Both the position numbers and the translations under genes were made by a program. This document shows, piece after piece, positions 52,196 through 64,000 of a DNA stretch of 64,000 nt; position 1 is the first letter of the stretch, and each line of letters starts with the position of its first letter. A model generated the notes under the pieces. The model searched no databases and was not told the DNA's origin. It saw nothing but the letters and a program-made list of their open reading frames with translations. This stretch comes from Anolis carolinensis (lineage: Eukaryota). The stretch spans positions 34,549,923 to 34,613,922 of the forward strand of contig NC_085844.1 in the NCBI RefSeq assembly GCF_035594765.1, written 5' to 3'.

Positions 52196-54489
52196 ATTAG
52201 GCTGGAATTACAGTTTGGTTCTCACACAGAATGCCAAAAATGCTAAAACATTTAAATCCACCCAAAAAGTAGTTGCAAAATATTCATTTATATCTCCTTA
52301 AACTCTGATAGTTTTTAAAATGTTAAATAATACAAATATATATCAATGTCCATTGTTGGAATTGGCAATCATTCCCTTTTTAGGGAGGGGCAGAAAAGGG
52401 TGACCCAAAGAAATCTAGTAATTCAACACTGAATGAAATTTTAAAGCTACCACATAAGACCTATAAGAGCATGGAGTGGTCCACTGGGAAATTAAGATAT
52501 TAGGAGGATCACCTGGGTGGTCTTGGAGGCTAGTTTTTCCATGGTGTCTCTGGCAATGGGGATAATCACCATTTTGCCCTACTACTCATCACTCAAGAAA
52601 CAGGTGAGTGTTGTAGGAAGAGAGGAGGAAACACTGTGTTGTTCCATTCAGGCTGAATTTTATGTTTTGGCTTTTCATATGTGATCTCCACCATTTTGTC
52701 TAAATAAACAAGTGGGTATAATATTTGAATGCATTTCCTTCCATTACTAGAAGTAACAAGCCTAGAGGCTTATTTTTTCCATTGAAAGCTGGCCATTTCT
52801 GGAGTAGCCAGATCTCCTCTGCCATCGCTCCTACAGCAAACCTTCATAACCTGTGGCCATTCAGGTGTTTGGGATTCCAACTCCCAGAAGCCCTACCCAG
52901 CTTGTCCAACATTAGGAACCTGGACTTAATGTTTTGGATTATGTGATTTTAATGTTTAAATTAATATGTTTTAACTCTATGTTTTAATGTTAATGTTATT
53001 GCATTTTTATGATTCAATTGATAGTTGTATTTTATTATTGTTGTGTGGGTATTGAATTTTGTCATATAATGTTTGGAAACCACTTTGAGTCCCCTATCTG
53101 GGGTAAGAAAAGTGGTATACAGGTGAAGTAAATAAATAATAAATAAATAAATTCTGGGAGCAGAAATCCAAAACATCTGGAGGGCCAGAGGGTGTGCATG
53201 CCCGCCCTGTTGTCATAGCAGGAAATTGAATGGGGTTCTAATATTGTAGGTTCAAGTTCCAACACAACCAACAAAACCTCAGGTTTGACACATCTTGCCA
53301 TTGAGTTTGACACTTTAAGATGCTCTATTAGACCAGAAGAATGTTGGGGATGATAAGGAAAAAGAAGGCAGGAAAAACTGATGGCTCCCAGCAGCCTCTT
53401 TCTCCAATGTCTTTCTTCCTTCAATGTGTATGGCCTTTCCCCTTCTCCTAAAACTATCAGCTATGATGGCATTGCATACATTCAGGGTTCCCATCTTAGT
53501 CTATAGTGTTTTCAAATGAGAGCTAGATAATGACATCATGAGTTTGGGGGGCCCTCCAGACAGGCCTTTAATGCAATACCTGTCTCGCTTTTACCGGAAG
53601 CGTCCAAATGATGCATCCAGTAAAAGCGAATAAATGTGGAGTGAAATTGGTTTTACCAGTTTACTCTGCATTACGTAAACATTTCAATAAATCCGGGCCT
53701 TACCGAAAGGTCTGGGTTTGTTGAGGTGTTGGGCCAGCAGGGACTGACTTTTGAGATGGCTTCTGCAGTCACAGGGGTCAGTTCCCACAGCCATACTGCT
53801 TCTTCAGAGTCCAAAAAGCCTGTGGGGACACAATGGAGCCCACTCTCTCCCCTCCAGCCCCCCCCCCCCCACACACACATACAATTTGGGCCCCAAAAGT
53901 TACCAGAGAGGTTGCTGGCAGCACAGGCCTCACCCTACAGTACTCTTGGCATGAGAAAATGCTGCATCAGGAGGTTGGGGAGAGGAGTGATTTCCCCCTC
54001 TCCTGATGCATCATTTTCTTACTCCAGGAATACTGTAGGGAGAGGCCTGTACTCTCAGGTAGGGTAACCACTCCCCCCCCCCCCCCGGGGAAAACCCGGG
54101 GTTTGGGTTGGAGGTAGAGACTCAAATCCAGGAGGAAGCGGGGTTTAACCCGCTTTCTCCTGGATTGTAGTATAGTGTAGAAGGGCCCTGAGGGTGCATC
54201 CACACAGGATGGAAAATGCACACCCTCCTGGACTTTTACATGGGACGTCCAAACAATGCCTCATGTAAAAATGCATTAATTTGAAACAAAGCAGGAAAAC
54301 CCTGCTTTGTAGTGAATTAATTTGATGCTGGATTAGACCCAAGTCTTCCTGAAAGACTAGGGTGTAATCAAGTATGGCCGGTGTCTAGACTGCCCCCTCA
54401 GAAGTCCTGGGCTTCTGAGGGGGCAGTCCAGACAGTCCTCTTAGGGTTTCTGGGCTGATTCAGTGTATGCTTCACTAAATGTTATAATA

Positions 54490-55000
54490 ATACATGTCAG
54501 CATGCTGGAAGAAGCAAAAATGACTAGCATTGAAGCACTGTTCCTACTCCATCAACTCCACTGGACTGGCCACTAGACTGGCCATGGTGTCCGAGTGCTC
54601 GATCACTGTCTCCCAAAGCAGTTACTATAGTCCCAACACAAAAACAGAAAACGGGATGTTGGTGGACAGGAAAAGAGAATTAAAGATGGGCTTAAAGCTA
54701 ACCTTAAAAACTGTAGCATAGATACCGAGAACTGGAAAGCCCTGGCCCTTGAGTGCTCTAGCTGGAAGTCAGCTGTGACCAGCAGTGCTGTGGAATTTGA
54801 AGAGGCATGAATGGAGGGCGAAAGGGAGAAATGTGCCAAGAGGAAGGCACATCAAGCCAAACCTGATTGGGACTGCTTTCCACCTGGAAACCGATCTCCT
54901 CACTGTGGAAGAACATGCGGGTCACCTACGTATCCACCGCCAAGACACTGCACTTGGAAGACCATCATACTTGGACAATGAGGAAGTGCCTAAGAAGATA
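54490..55000 (+). mobile_element. RTE-1-type LINE 3' fragment
   Basis: WTGH..LPKQLLYS..GGQEKR.KDGLKANLK motif. Confidence 0.8.
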
Positions 55001-57689
55001 ACAATACAGTAAGACAGAGCTCTTATGGAGTGTTCAGTTATGACAACAAAGCTACCAAAGGAAAAGAAACACTCCACACTCTTGTTGCATTGCAAAAGCT
55101 ATTGTAATCACAGGCAGCAGAACTACTTATTGGTTCAATTAGGAATTAGAGGTGCTCAGTGTCTTTTAGGAGGTGAACACCCCCCCCCCTAAAAAAGAAC
55201 CTGTTAAGTATAAATGAATGCATCTCAAATAGCAAGCATGTTCAGACAATGCAGAACCTTGAAAGAACACAGGGTGCTAATGACATTTAGAGATTGGTGG
55301 CAGCCAGAACACTTTCCATGCTTGTAATCTGAAACAGGCCTCCCAGTGTCACTGCTAAACTATCTGGGGCTGACCTCCTTTTTAGACTTATTAGATTTAT
55401 TTCCTATTATATCTGTGTAAAGCCCTGCATTTGCAGCCCTTAATTTTTGAATAAACTGAGATAATTAGAATGCTGCCCAGCAATTCCATCCCTATATTTA
55501 CAGCTGGGCAGATAATCCAATTACTTTCACATATAAATAAGCCTATACAGACAGACCACTGTGGAAATATGAGAGCAAAAGGAGACAATTCTTCTAATGA
55601 ATTAGTCTGTTATCTCTATGGGAAAAGGTAATATATCTTGGTACAAGACATTTTTCGTATGACCTTTTGAAAACTCAGTGGAAGCAAGGTCTGTTACTTC
55701 TCAGATCTCTTCAGAGTGCTTATAACTTACTGTTACTCTTTTCAGGGTTGGGGACAGCATTTCTTTCCAGAAATTGTTGGACCAAAGTTTCCATCCTTCA
55801 GTATTATCTGATAGGAGTTGCGGGGCAACTCTTTATGTAGTTATTCTTGCTCATGTCACATTACACATCTTCACATTTCAGTAAAGGGGTTTCCGAGCAC
55901 CCTACTACATATTTCGGTATATGTAATATTATGTAATAAAATAGCACATAGTATTCCAATAGTGCTTTATTTCAGAAATAAAGTACAGCTCATGGGATGC
56001 ATTTTTATGGCTCTACAACTCACTTTGACACCAATGATTCCTACAGTCTCCCTAATTATTTTCTTCAGAAAATAACCTCCCAATGGTAAATCATTTCTCC
56101 ATGTATGACATTTTACCAGTATGTCAATTCAATACTGTCCACCAATATCCAGAGAATAAATGTTTCCCTAATTAAAGTGACTGAATAATATATAGAGGGG
56201 GGAAAAGGTCTTTGGGAAGAATTTTCAAAATCATTTGCATTATGAAACCCAAACCAGGATCTGACTTAGTTCTTGGAAAACTTAAGAGAGCAACTTGAGT
56301 TAAGCCTGATAGGGGCTATCATCACGATTCATAAAACATATGCTTTTATAATAATTACTTCAGTTTTTAGGAACCCTAACTTTGGTTCTCTGTCAGGTAG
56401 CTGAGTGTGATTGGTTAACATTGTTAATGGGAGCTCCGGACAAGTCGAGCCTTGAGTCAAGCCTCAAAACTAGTTAAGCTGCAGGAGTGACAAAGCTCTT
56501 CACCTTTGGCATACAGGCAAGGGTGGAGACCCCCCTAAGCCATATCAGTCCTTCACTATGTTTACTGCATATATTGGATACTGGGGCGGAAAACAAGGAC
56601 TGGGACTTGGTGTTCTCATCAGACATTTCACGGCTTGCTGTATCATGAACTTGCACGCACAACTGTGCCTCCTGCTGCGGGGATATGGACAATGTATGAC
56701 GTTAATTGTCACTTGATGACTGCAAATCCCTTAACTTCTGAAGCATCTGCTCTACCTGCTAACATTTAAAGCAGATTGTTTCCTTCTTTTTTCAACTTCC
56801 TTTTGACAGATCACATGAAGCCTTTCTTTAATTACTTTCTAAATCAGACCAATCATCTTCCCAATTTTCTCCTTACAGGTTCATCCCATTGAAATACAGA
56901 CAACCTCTTTTACTTAGTAATGGAATCTACTGGAAAATTTACAGGAAACTTCTCTTGCATAAATCTGACTGATCTTTGGAAACTTGTTTCTCCTGATGGA
57001 ATTGTTTTCTAGAAGAGTTGCTGCTAATAGTTGCCAGAAAGTGTTTGATCTCAATAACTCTGTGCCTTTAAACATCCCAATTACATTTCCATATCAGCAG
57101 AGAGATGAAAGTTCAAAACATTAGAAAAGAAGATGAATGCAAAACCTGTCCCTACCTATTGCACCCCCCCCCCCCCGAAAGTGCATTTGCACTGGATTTG
57201 CACTCTGTGCCCCTGGTGATATACACACATACCTTATTACATCTGACAGGAATAGATCTGCAATTTAAAAACACATATCTGCCATCATCTCACATAGTTT
57301 GGCTCTTGCTCAGAATTTTTAGAATGGCTGCATGGGACAAGTTTTGCAAAGAAAGCCAATGTTAATACAACACCACAAGGCTCCATACCACACAACCCCA
57401 TAGAAGATGCTGCTGTCTGGAAATGTCGCCTGGCAGACGGCCTACTTCCATACTAAATGTATTATTATGGACTACAGGGTGAGACAGAGAGACATTGGTG
57501 GAACAGCCATTTGCTGCTTGTAGATGTGATATAAAGCAATTCAGATTTTTTCCCCAAACCATTTTGTATTGGAGGGTTGGAATGCACAAGCAACATATTC
57601 CTTCCAAATCAAGATTATAAACCAGTTTGGTAAGATTTTTTTAACCACAGTTGAAAAGTTTGGATATAATAGCAAATTATGGTCAGATT

Positions 57690-58830
57690 GTTTAAAAAGG
57701 AAGTAATGAGTAAAGAACATCGGTTGGCTGCAATATATGCAATTAAATGAACAATTCAAAATAGACAGAAAATTAGGCTTTGAGAAGAAAGAAACGTATT
57801 GGGATAAAGTAATGAAGTTGGAAAACAAAATTATAACAAAAATATACAAGAAACTATTAGAATGGGCTACAGAAAAGGAACTAGTGACATAATGCATGAT
57901 TAAATGGGCTAAAAATTTGGAAAAACCAATAAAATTAGACAAATGGGAGAAGGCATGGAACTACAGATTAAAATTAACTTATGCAACAGACATGAAAGAA
58001 AACTGGATAAAAATGTTTTATAGGTGGTACTTAATCCCCCAGAAATTGTCTAAATTCTCCAAAAACTCTTCCAATAGATGTTGGAAATGTGGGATTCATG
58101 AAGGAACTTTTTACCATAGTTGGTGGTCCTGCGAGAAAGCTAAACTGTTTTGGAAAGGTATACATTCAAAAATACAAAAAATGCTACAAATTAAAATTGA
58201 ATTAAATCCAAAATACTTCCTTCTGGGCATGTTAGACATAGAAAAGGACAGGAACAAGGAGGTTCTGTTTAACTATTTAATAGCAGTGGCTAGGATGACC
58301 TATGCGAAGCAATGGAGAGAAGAAGGAATACCGAAAACTAATGTATGGATTAATAAAATCCTAGAGATTAGGAACATGGATAGGCTTTCCTACCTACTTA
58401 CAAACAATCCAAACTAACGAAGCAAACAGACAAATTGGGAATCAATATTAAATTACTTAGAAAAAGAGAAATTTAAAATAGTAACTTGAAAATAGTAAGG
58501 AAGGAAAGCGAGGAGAAGAACTATTCAACTCCAAAAAATGGCAAAACCCGAGACAACAAGAAAACGAAGGAATATTGGACTGAAAAATGGACTTTATTAA
58601 ATACACCACGCAAAGAAATGGAAGTCTTTTCTTTTAACAATGTATTTTTATTTTCATTCCTTTTTTCTCTTCCTTTTTTTTAATTTATTCGGTTATTGTT
58701 TGTGATTATTTCCTTTCCCCCATCCTGTCACATCCCACTCTTATGTATGCACATTTTTGGTTCTTCAGGTGTCTGTTTTTCACTATTTTATTCAAAATGC
58801 TTAATAAATATATTTAAAAACCAAAAAAAG
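57690..58830 (+). mobile_element. Older L1 3' fragment (C-terminal CCHC region, 3'UTR, A-rich tail)
   Basis: CWKCGIHEGTFYHSWWSC, homologous to the 14253 ORF. In-frame stop upstream. AATAAA and A-rich end. 5' boundary approximate. Confidence 0.85.
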
Positions 58831-61284
58831 AAGTAATGTATTAAATCCAAAGCATGGAATTGTTTCCTACATTACATTTCCCAGAATCCCCCAGTCAACA
58901 TAGTCCTTTTGGGTTGTTGCCAATAAGTTTCATGTTGGAGTTGGTTGGAAATGAGGTAAAAATTTTTTATTTATTTATTTATTTCCAGCATTTATACCCC
59001 GCCCTTCTCACCCCGGGGGTGGGGGGTGGGGGGACTCAGGGCGGCTTACAACATAATTCTTAAAATCCGAATTGGTTGGGCTATCCAAATTGTTCTTTGT
59101 CATATTAAGCATTTGCTTGTCTCTTTGATCACTATGAACCATTTTACATTGCACATTTAAGGAACTACAATTCCATGTTCACTTTCATGGTTAGATTCTG
59201 TGAAATCCTGGGATTTAAAGTTTGGTGAGCCACTACAGCAATCTACAGGAAAATTCTAAGTAACTCTCTCTAACCCATAAATTCCTGGATTTTGTTGGAT
59301 GCTATCATTATAATTAAAATGGAATCACCATTCTCTAAAGTACAACTCCCATATTCAAAGTGGATGAGTTCCTGGACTTCGTGTTGATGTAATAAAGCCA
59401 CAGAAAATGCGAAACCTATTAAAGTGAAAGTCTTCTGGTCCAAGGATGCCATAGAACCATGTTGGAGAAACTTGAAAATGCCTAAGATGACATATTTTGT
59501 CAGACATGGATAAACAGAATCATTGATACCATCCCATAGATATGGAGGCTGCACTGTATATAGTGTGATGGAACCCTACAACTTTCAGATGCTGTCTCTT
59601 TTCAAAGGAACACAAACTGGGAGAACTGTTCCAGGACAGTGTTCTTGCTAAAAATGCCAAAGAAGAACAAGTGTTAAAAGCCTGGGAAGATTGTGAAACA
59701 ACTGCTTTTGAAGGGAAAGAGTACAGCATTGGGGACAATACAGCTGGGAGTTACTGCTAGAATATCTTGCACTAAAGCAATTAAAATTATGGTGAAAGGA
59801 TATCGTTATCTGGTGGTTTTAGTCTGCCAACACATGTGCTTTCTCTCATTCTGGTTTATCAATGTGTGTGGCCTTTGGGGGGGGCGGGGGGAGAGCGTTT
59901 TGTGGTTGAACCACTCTGAGGCCCTTCTACACTGCCATATAATCCAGATTATCAAAGCAGATAATCCACATTATCTACTTTGAACTGGATTATATGAGTC
60001 TATACTGCCAGAAATGCCAAAGGCAGAATAGAGTGAGAGGCTGCTGAATTACAATCCACTATGAATTTCCAATTTATAACTAGGAATAAAAATAAAAGCA
60101 GCCTGTTAATCATAATCCAAGTGTTAAGTAGCTCCCCTAATGCCAAGGAATGTATATTATTACAAAAATTGAAATTGAGAATCACTGGACATAATACATA
60201 CCCCCCAACTGTCCCAGTTTGGAATCGGGAACCCCAATGAATATTCTGCCATCTCGCTTTTTTAGCTGCCTTTAAAATGTCCCAATTTCTCTGTTCTCCG
60301 GGCTTTTCTACACAGCTATATAACCCAAAATATCAAGCCTGATAATCCACAATATCTGCTTTGAACTGGGTTATCTGAGTCCACACTGCCATATAGCCTA
60401 GTTCAAAGCAGATAATGTGGGATTTATACAGCTATGTGGAAGGAGACTCACATTTTCCTCATTTGTCCAGTTGGTGCAAAATGGGTTAAAATACTTATTT
60501 AACTTGATAAGAGGGAGAGGAGGGGGAGAATTGTTGCCCTTCCCAGTAGGTTCAGGCAAAAGCAAAGTAACGCAGACTTTCCTGGCTTTCTTTTTTCTTC
60601 ATTAATAATACTCTAATACACTTTGATGATGTTTTGCCACATATCTTCCAGGTTTTATTTGTGAAATACTGCAGCACATGATCATTTTTCACTGTCAATG
60701 CTTCTGTATCTTTATCTGTAGAAACACTGCTACAGCCCCACCCAGCTACTCCCATGCACTCAAAACCTACTCCAGACAAAGGGGAATCTTTTGAGCATGT
60801 TTTCAAGAAGACAGAAGGCTGGGGCAGGAGAAATATCCAAATATGCTGGTGGTTGAGTATCATCAGCATGATAGGCTTTCATTGTTTCTGCTTTCTCCAG
60901 TACACTAAGGGTCAAACTAGAAGTTAAGAGAATGACATTATCTGCTATAACTATAAACACTTTTTCAAAATATATATTTTTCTTCCTGCACCAGAAAAAT
61001 ATGGACCTCAGCTATCAGATATGCAAATTTAGCCCATGTTCATACTGAATGACTTACCACAAAACATCCTAAATGCAGGATGTATAGCACAGGAGAAATG
61101 GGTATAGTAACAACTAGATCTTTCGCCACTTTAAACAGAATCTCCTCTAAAATATAGAAATGCAGAATAAATATATAGTCTTGGTTAGTCTTAAAGTAGA
61201 ACCATTCAATAGGTAGAATTTATAGAATTTTGCCTTACCAAGTTACCCACTGGTTCAATTTTAATAGGGCCTAAGCTGTATCCA

Positions 61285-61616
61285 AGGCCCCTGGTGGCAC
61301 AGTGTGTTAAAACGCTGAGCTGCTGAACTTGCTGACCAAAAGGTCCCAGGTTCAAATCCCGGGAGTGGAATGAGCGCCCGCTGTTAGCCCCAGCTCCTGC
61401 CAACCTAGCAGTTCGAAAACATGTAAATGTGAGTAGATCAATAGGTACCACTCCGGAGGGAAGGTAACGGCACTCCATGCAGTCATGCCGGCCACATGAC
61501 CTTGGAGGTGTCTATGGACAACGCCAGCTCTTCAGCTTAGAAATGGAGATGAGCACCAACCCCCAGAGTCGGTCACGACTGGACTTAACGTCAGGGGAAA
61601 CCTTTACCTTTACCTT
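61285..61616 (+). mobile_element. Sauria SINE, full length
   Basis: tRNA-like head, (ACCTTT)n tail, 13-bp TSD taagctgtatcca at 61272-61284 and 61617-61629. Confidence 0.9.
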
Positions 61617-62520
61617 TAAGCTGTATCCACACTGTAGAATTATAGCAGTTTGACACCACATTAACTACCATTGCACAATGATATGGAATTCTGGAATGTG
61701 TAGTTTTGTGAGGTATTCACTATTCTGTCAGAAAGCTCTGTTGTCACAACAAACCACACATTTCAGAATTCCATAGTTATGAGCCATGACAGTTAATGTG
61801 ATGTCAAACGGCTATAATTCTGCAATGTAGATGGTCTCATAGTCTGGACTGATCCTAAATAATATAATCTTATGTTTTCATTGAATAGTATATTCCACTG
61901 TGTGGCTTACCTTTGGGAAAGTGAACATATAATTACAGCTTTCTGCTTTGGTCTCAATAATTTGTAAAGTACAAGTTATACCAGGGGCACATATCATAAG
62001 TTCTTTACTATTTGTATAACAAAAAATGATGCAGGGTTTTGCTGTGTCATTACAGAAAAATCAAGGAACTTGCCAGGTTTAATCCATGTCTGTGTCACAC
62101 TCACAATCATGTTTAAGTAGTAGCCCAAAGATAATCTGAAAACCATTTTAGCAGCCCCAGCTATGATAGCATATATCTTTTAAACATTACTTTGCTTATA
62201 GTGACATCTATTGGTTGGAAAAGAATAAAATCAAATTATGTGTTTTTGTAGCTCAGTGCACGTCCTACTTTTTCCACCTCAAAAACCTTTGAAATTTCTA
62301 TATACTGTTAGTTAACAAAGATCAAATAAATAAGGTATATGGACTATCACATGTTCATATGCAATCCCTTTGTATCCTTTTTGCCAAATAATTGTGTATA
62401 CATTTGTACCACTAACCTATGTATCAATTCATCATTCACAAGTGACTGAAGAAGTCTACATTGTTTTGGACCAACCAATATGATGCCAGGTATTGTATTT
62501 GCTCTGTCACTTGTAACTTA

Positions 62521-63088
62521 GGGCCTTTTTATACTGACCATATAATGTTGTTCAAAATGAACGCAGGGCCACAGTGGCTACAAAATGCATAATCCTGATT
62601 CGCGGTGCAGCACAGATCAAATGAGAAACAGCATGTCTTAAAAAGCCACAAAAATCTAATGTGAGCCATATAATCTGTTGCAGTTGATCCAAGTACAGTA
62701 TCCCGGATCTAGAACAAAATCAGCTCTGTAGAAGGTGGAGCATCTTGTAGACACCTGTCCCTGCTGAAGAGCAATAAAGAATCCCGAAAGGGGTTTGCCA
62801 AAAAAATACCCCAAGGGCATCGCTGGGCAGCAGGGAAATTGACCCACCTGGAGTAGTAATTGGTTATCTCTTCTGCTGTTATTTTTCCTTTTCACCCAGT
62901 ACACTTTGGGTGAGCTGATGTGCATTTCTCCAGGAAATGAGCAAAACCTCCAAAGCAGTTTGAGGCGAGGTTCGATTTTCAATGTAACCACTGCTTTGGC
63001 CTCACAATATTTCCAGACCTGTCAATCTGATCACCAGTTCCTCCCAAACTGGTTCCAAGCTATATTATAGTGTCAGTGTAGAAGCACT
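62521..63088. mobile_element. PIF/Harbinger-like non-autonomous element; related short palindromic copies at ~51590-51728, 59919-60010 and 60300-60443
   Basis: Degenerate TIRs of the GGGCC..TACACTG..ATATAAT type. Confidence 0.55.
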
Positions 63089-63280
63089 GTAGTATAGCGA
63101 GTAAATAAATAATTGACACTTGTGTGACACTTAAACTGAAGTTCGTGGCATCTGTTGTTAGGATTGCCAGTCCCCTGTTATTATTGAGAAAAACCCATTA
63201 ATAGTTTGCACTCCTGCAATGTTCAGATCACCTACCTTGGTGTAATGGATACACTCCACTACTGTGCCACAATTGCTGAG

Positions 63281-63282
<2 letters not shown>

Positions 63283-63314
<32 letters not shown>
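63283..63314. repeat. (CA)n microsatellite
   Basis: Seen directly. Confidence 0.95.
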
Positions 63315-63320
<6 letters not shown>

Positions 63321-64000
63321 GCAGAGTTGTGGAAAGGCAGTTAAAAGGATGTGTAGGACCACAGGTTGGCAAATCAGCACAACTGTGTGATTGTAGAGAG
63401 GTGTGATAACAAAATTGCTCATGTATATTTTATTTGATAGTTCAAACTGCCATGGAATACAGTAAACTGAATTTGTAGCATATAATATTAACACACGGCG
63501 ATGAGAAAAATCAAAGGTTCGTGTGTCTGTGTTTTTAGTGATGTCTTCAGTCAGGAAATTTAGTCAGTAAGCTTCCAGTTAATATGTGTGCGTTTGAAAA
63601 ATAAATTACATAACAGCGATAATAATTTAAAGAATGATTTTGGCATGAGATGCTATTAAGCGTGGCAATCTATATTATCCCTCATTAGCTTCAATGGGAT
63701 TTATTTCTAGGGAAATGTATCATAGGGTCACAGTGTTGGTTTCTGATAAGTGGATTCATTCCTGACGTGCTTCCATTTATTGCAAAAAGGGAAACTTTCC
63801 AAACTAACAAACCTGTCTGATCCATGTTTTCAAAGAAACAACAAAAACACTATCTGAAAGATATAGATTATAACTTGTTTTTATTTTATATAATTCATAA
63901 ATAAGAAACCAGAGGCAAAATATCAGTTTATTGCTTATTACATTAGAAATGTTGGGGTCTATTCTCCCTACTCCATTACCATCAAACATGAAAAGATATA

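Noticed and set aside
63400-63860. WGATAR cluster as an erythroid enhancer
   Set aside because: Four sites in about 450 bp of AT-rich DNA is only marginally above chance.
17500-64000. Second carbonic anhydrase gene (CA1/CA13 expected by synteny)
   Set aside because: Scanning by eye found no QSP, HWG, HWN or YWTY exon on either strand. It probably lies beyond the right edge.

Overview
AT-rich, repeat-dense vertebrate genomic DNA. The repeat families (Sauria SINE, 5S-derived SINE, Bov-B, SPIN-type hAT, Penelope, Helitron, CR1, L1) indicate a squamate, most likely Anolis; this is an inference. The only host protein-coding gene I can support is a minus-strand cytosolic alpha-carbonic anhydrase of the CA3 type. 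Its exons 1-3 lie at 13126-13090, 10584-10387 and 1565-1447, and exons 4-7 must lie beyond the left edge. The assembled 118 aa carry the CA3 signature (K64, R67, R91), but the first zinc ligand His94 is Leu (QLLIHWG instead of QFHLHWG), suggesting an acatalytic or neofunctionalised CA3 paralog. The about 50 kb upstream of the gene is non-coding and TE-rich. It holds a young L1 with a 31-bp TSD nested in a Penelope element that carries hammerhead-ribozyme motifs, a Helitron, and a 2.4-kb composite solo LTR. It also has a 225-bp stretch of back-to-back hairpins with a possible pseudoknot next to CTCF-like motifs, and weak signs of a divergent spliced transcript. Most ORFs in the six-frame track are spurious or TE-derived.
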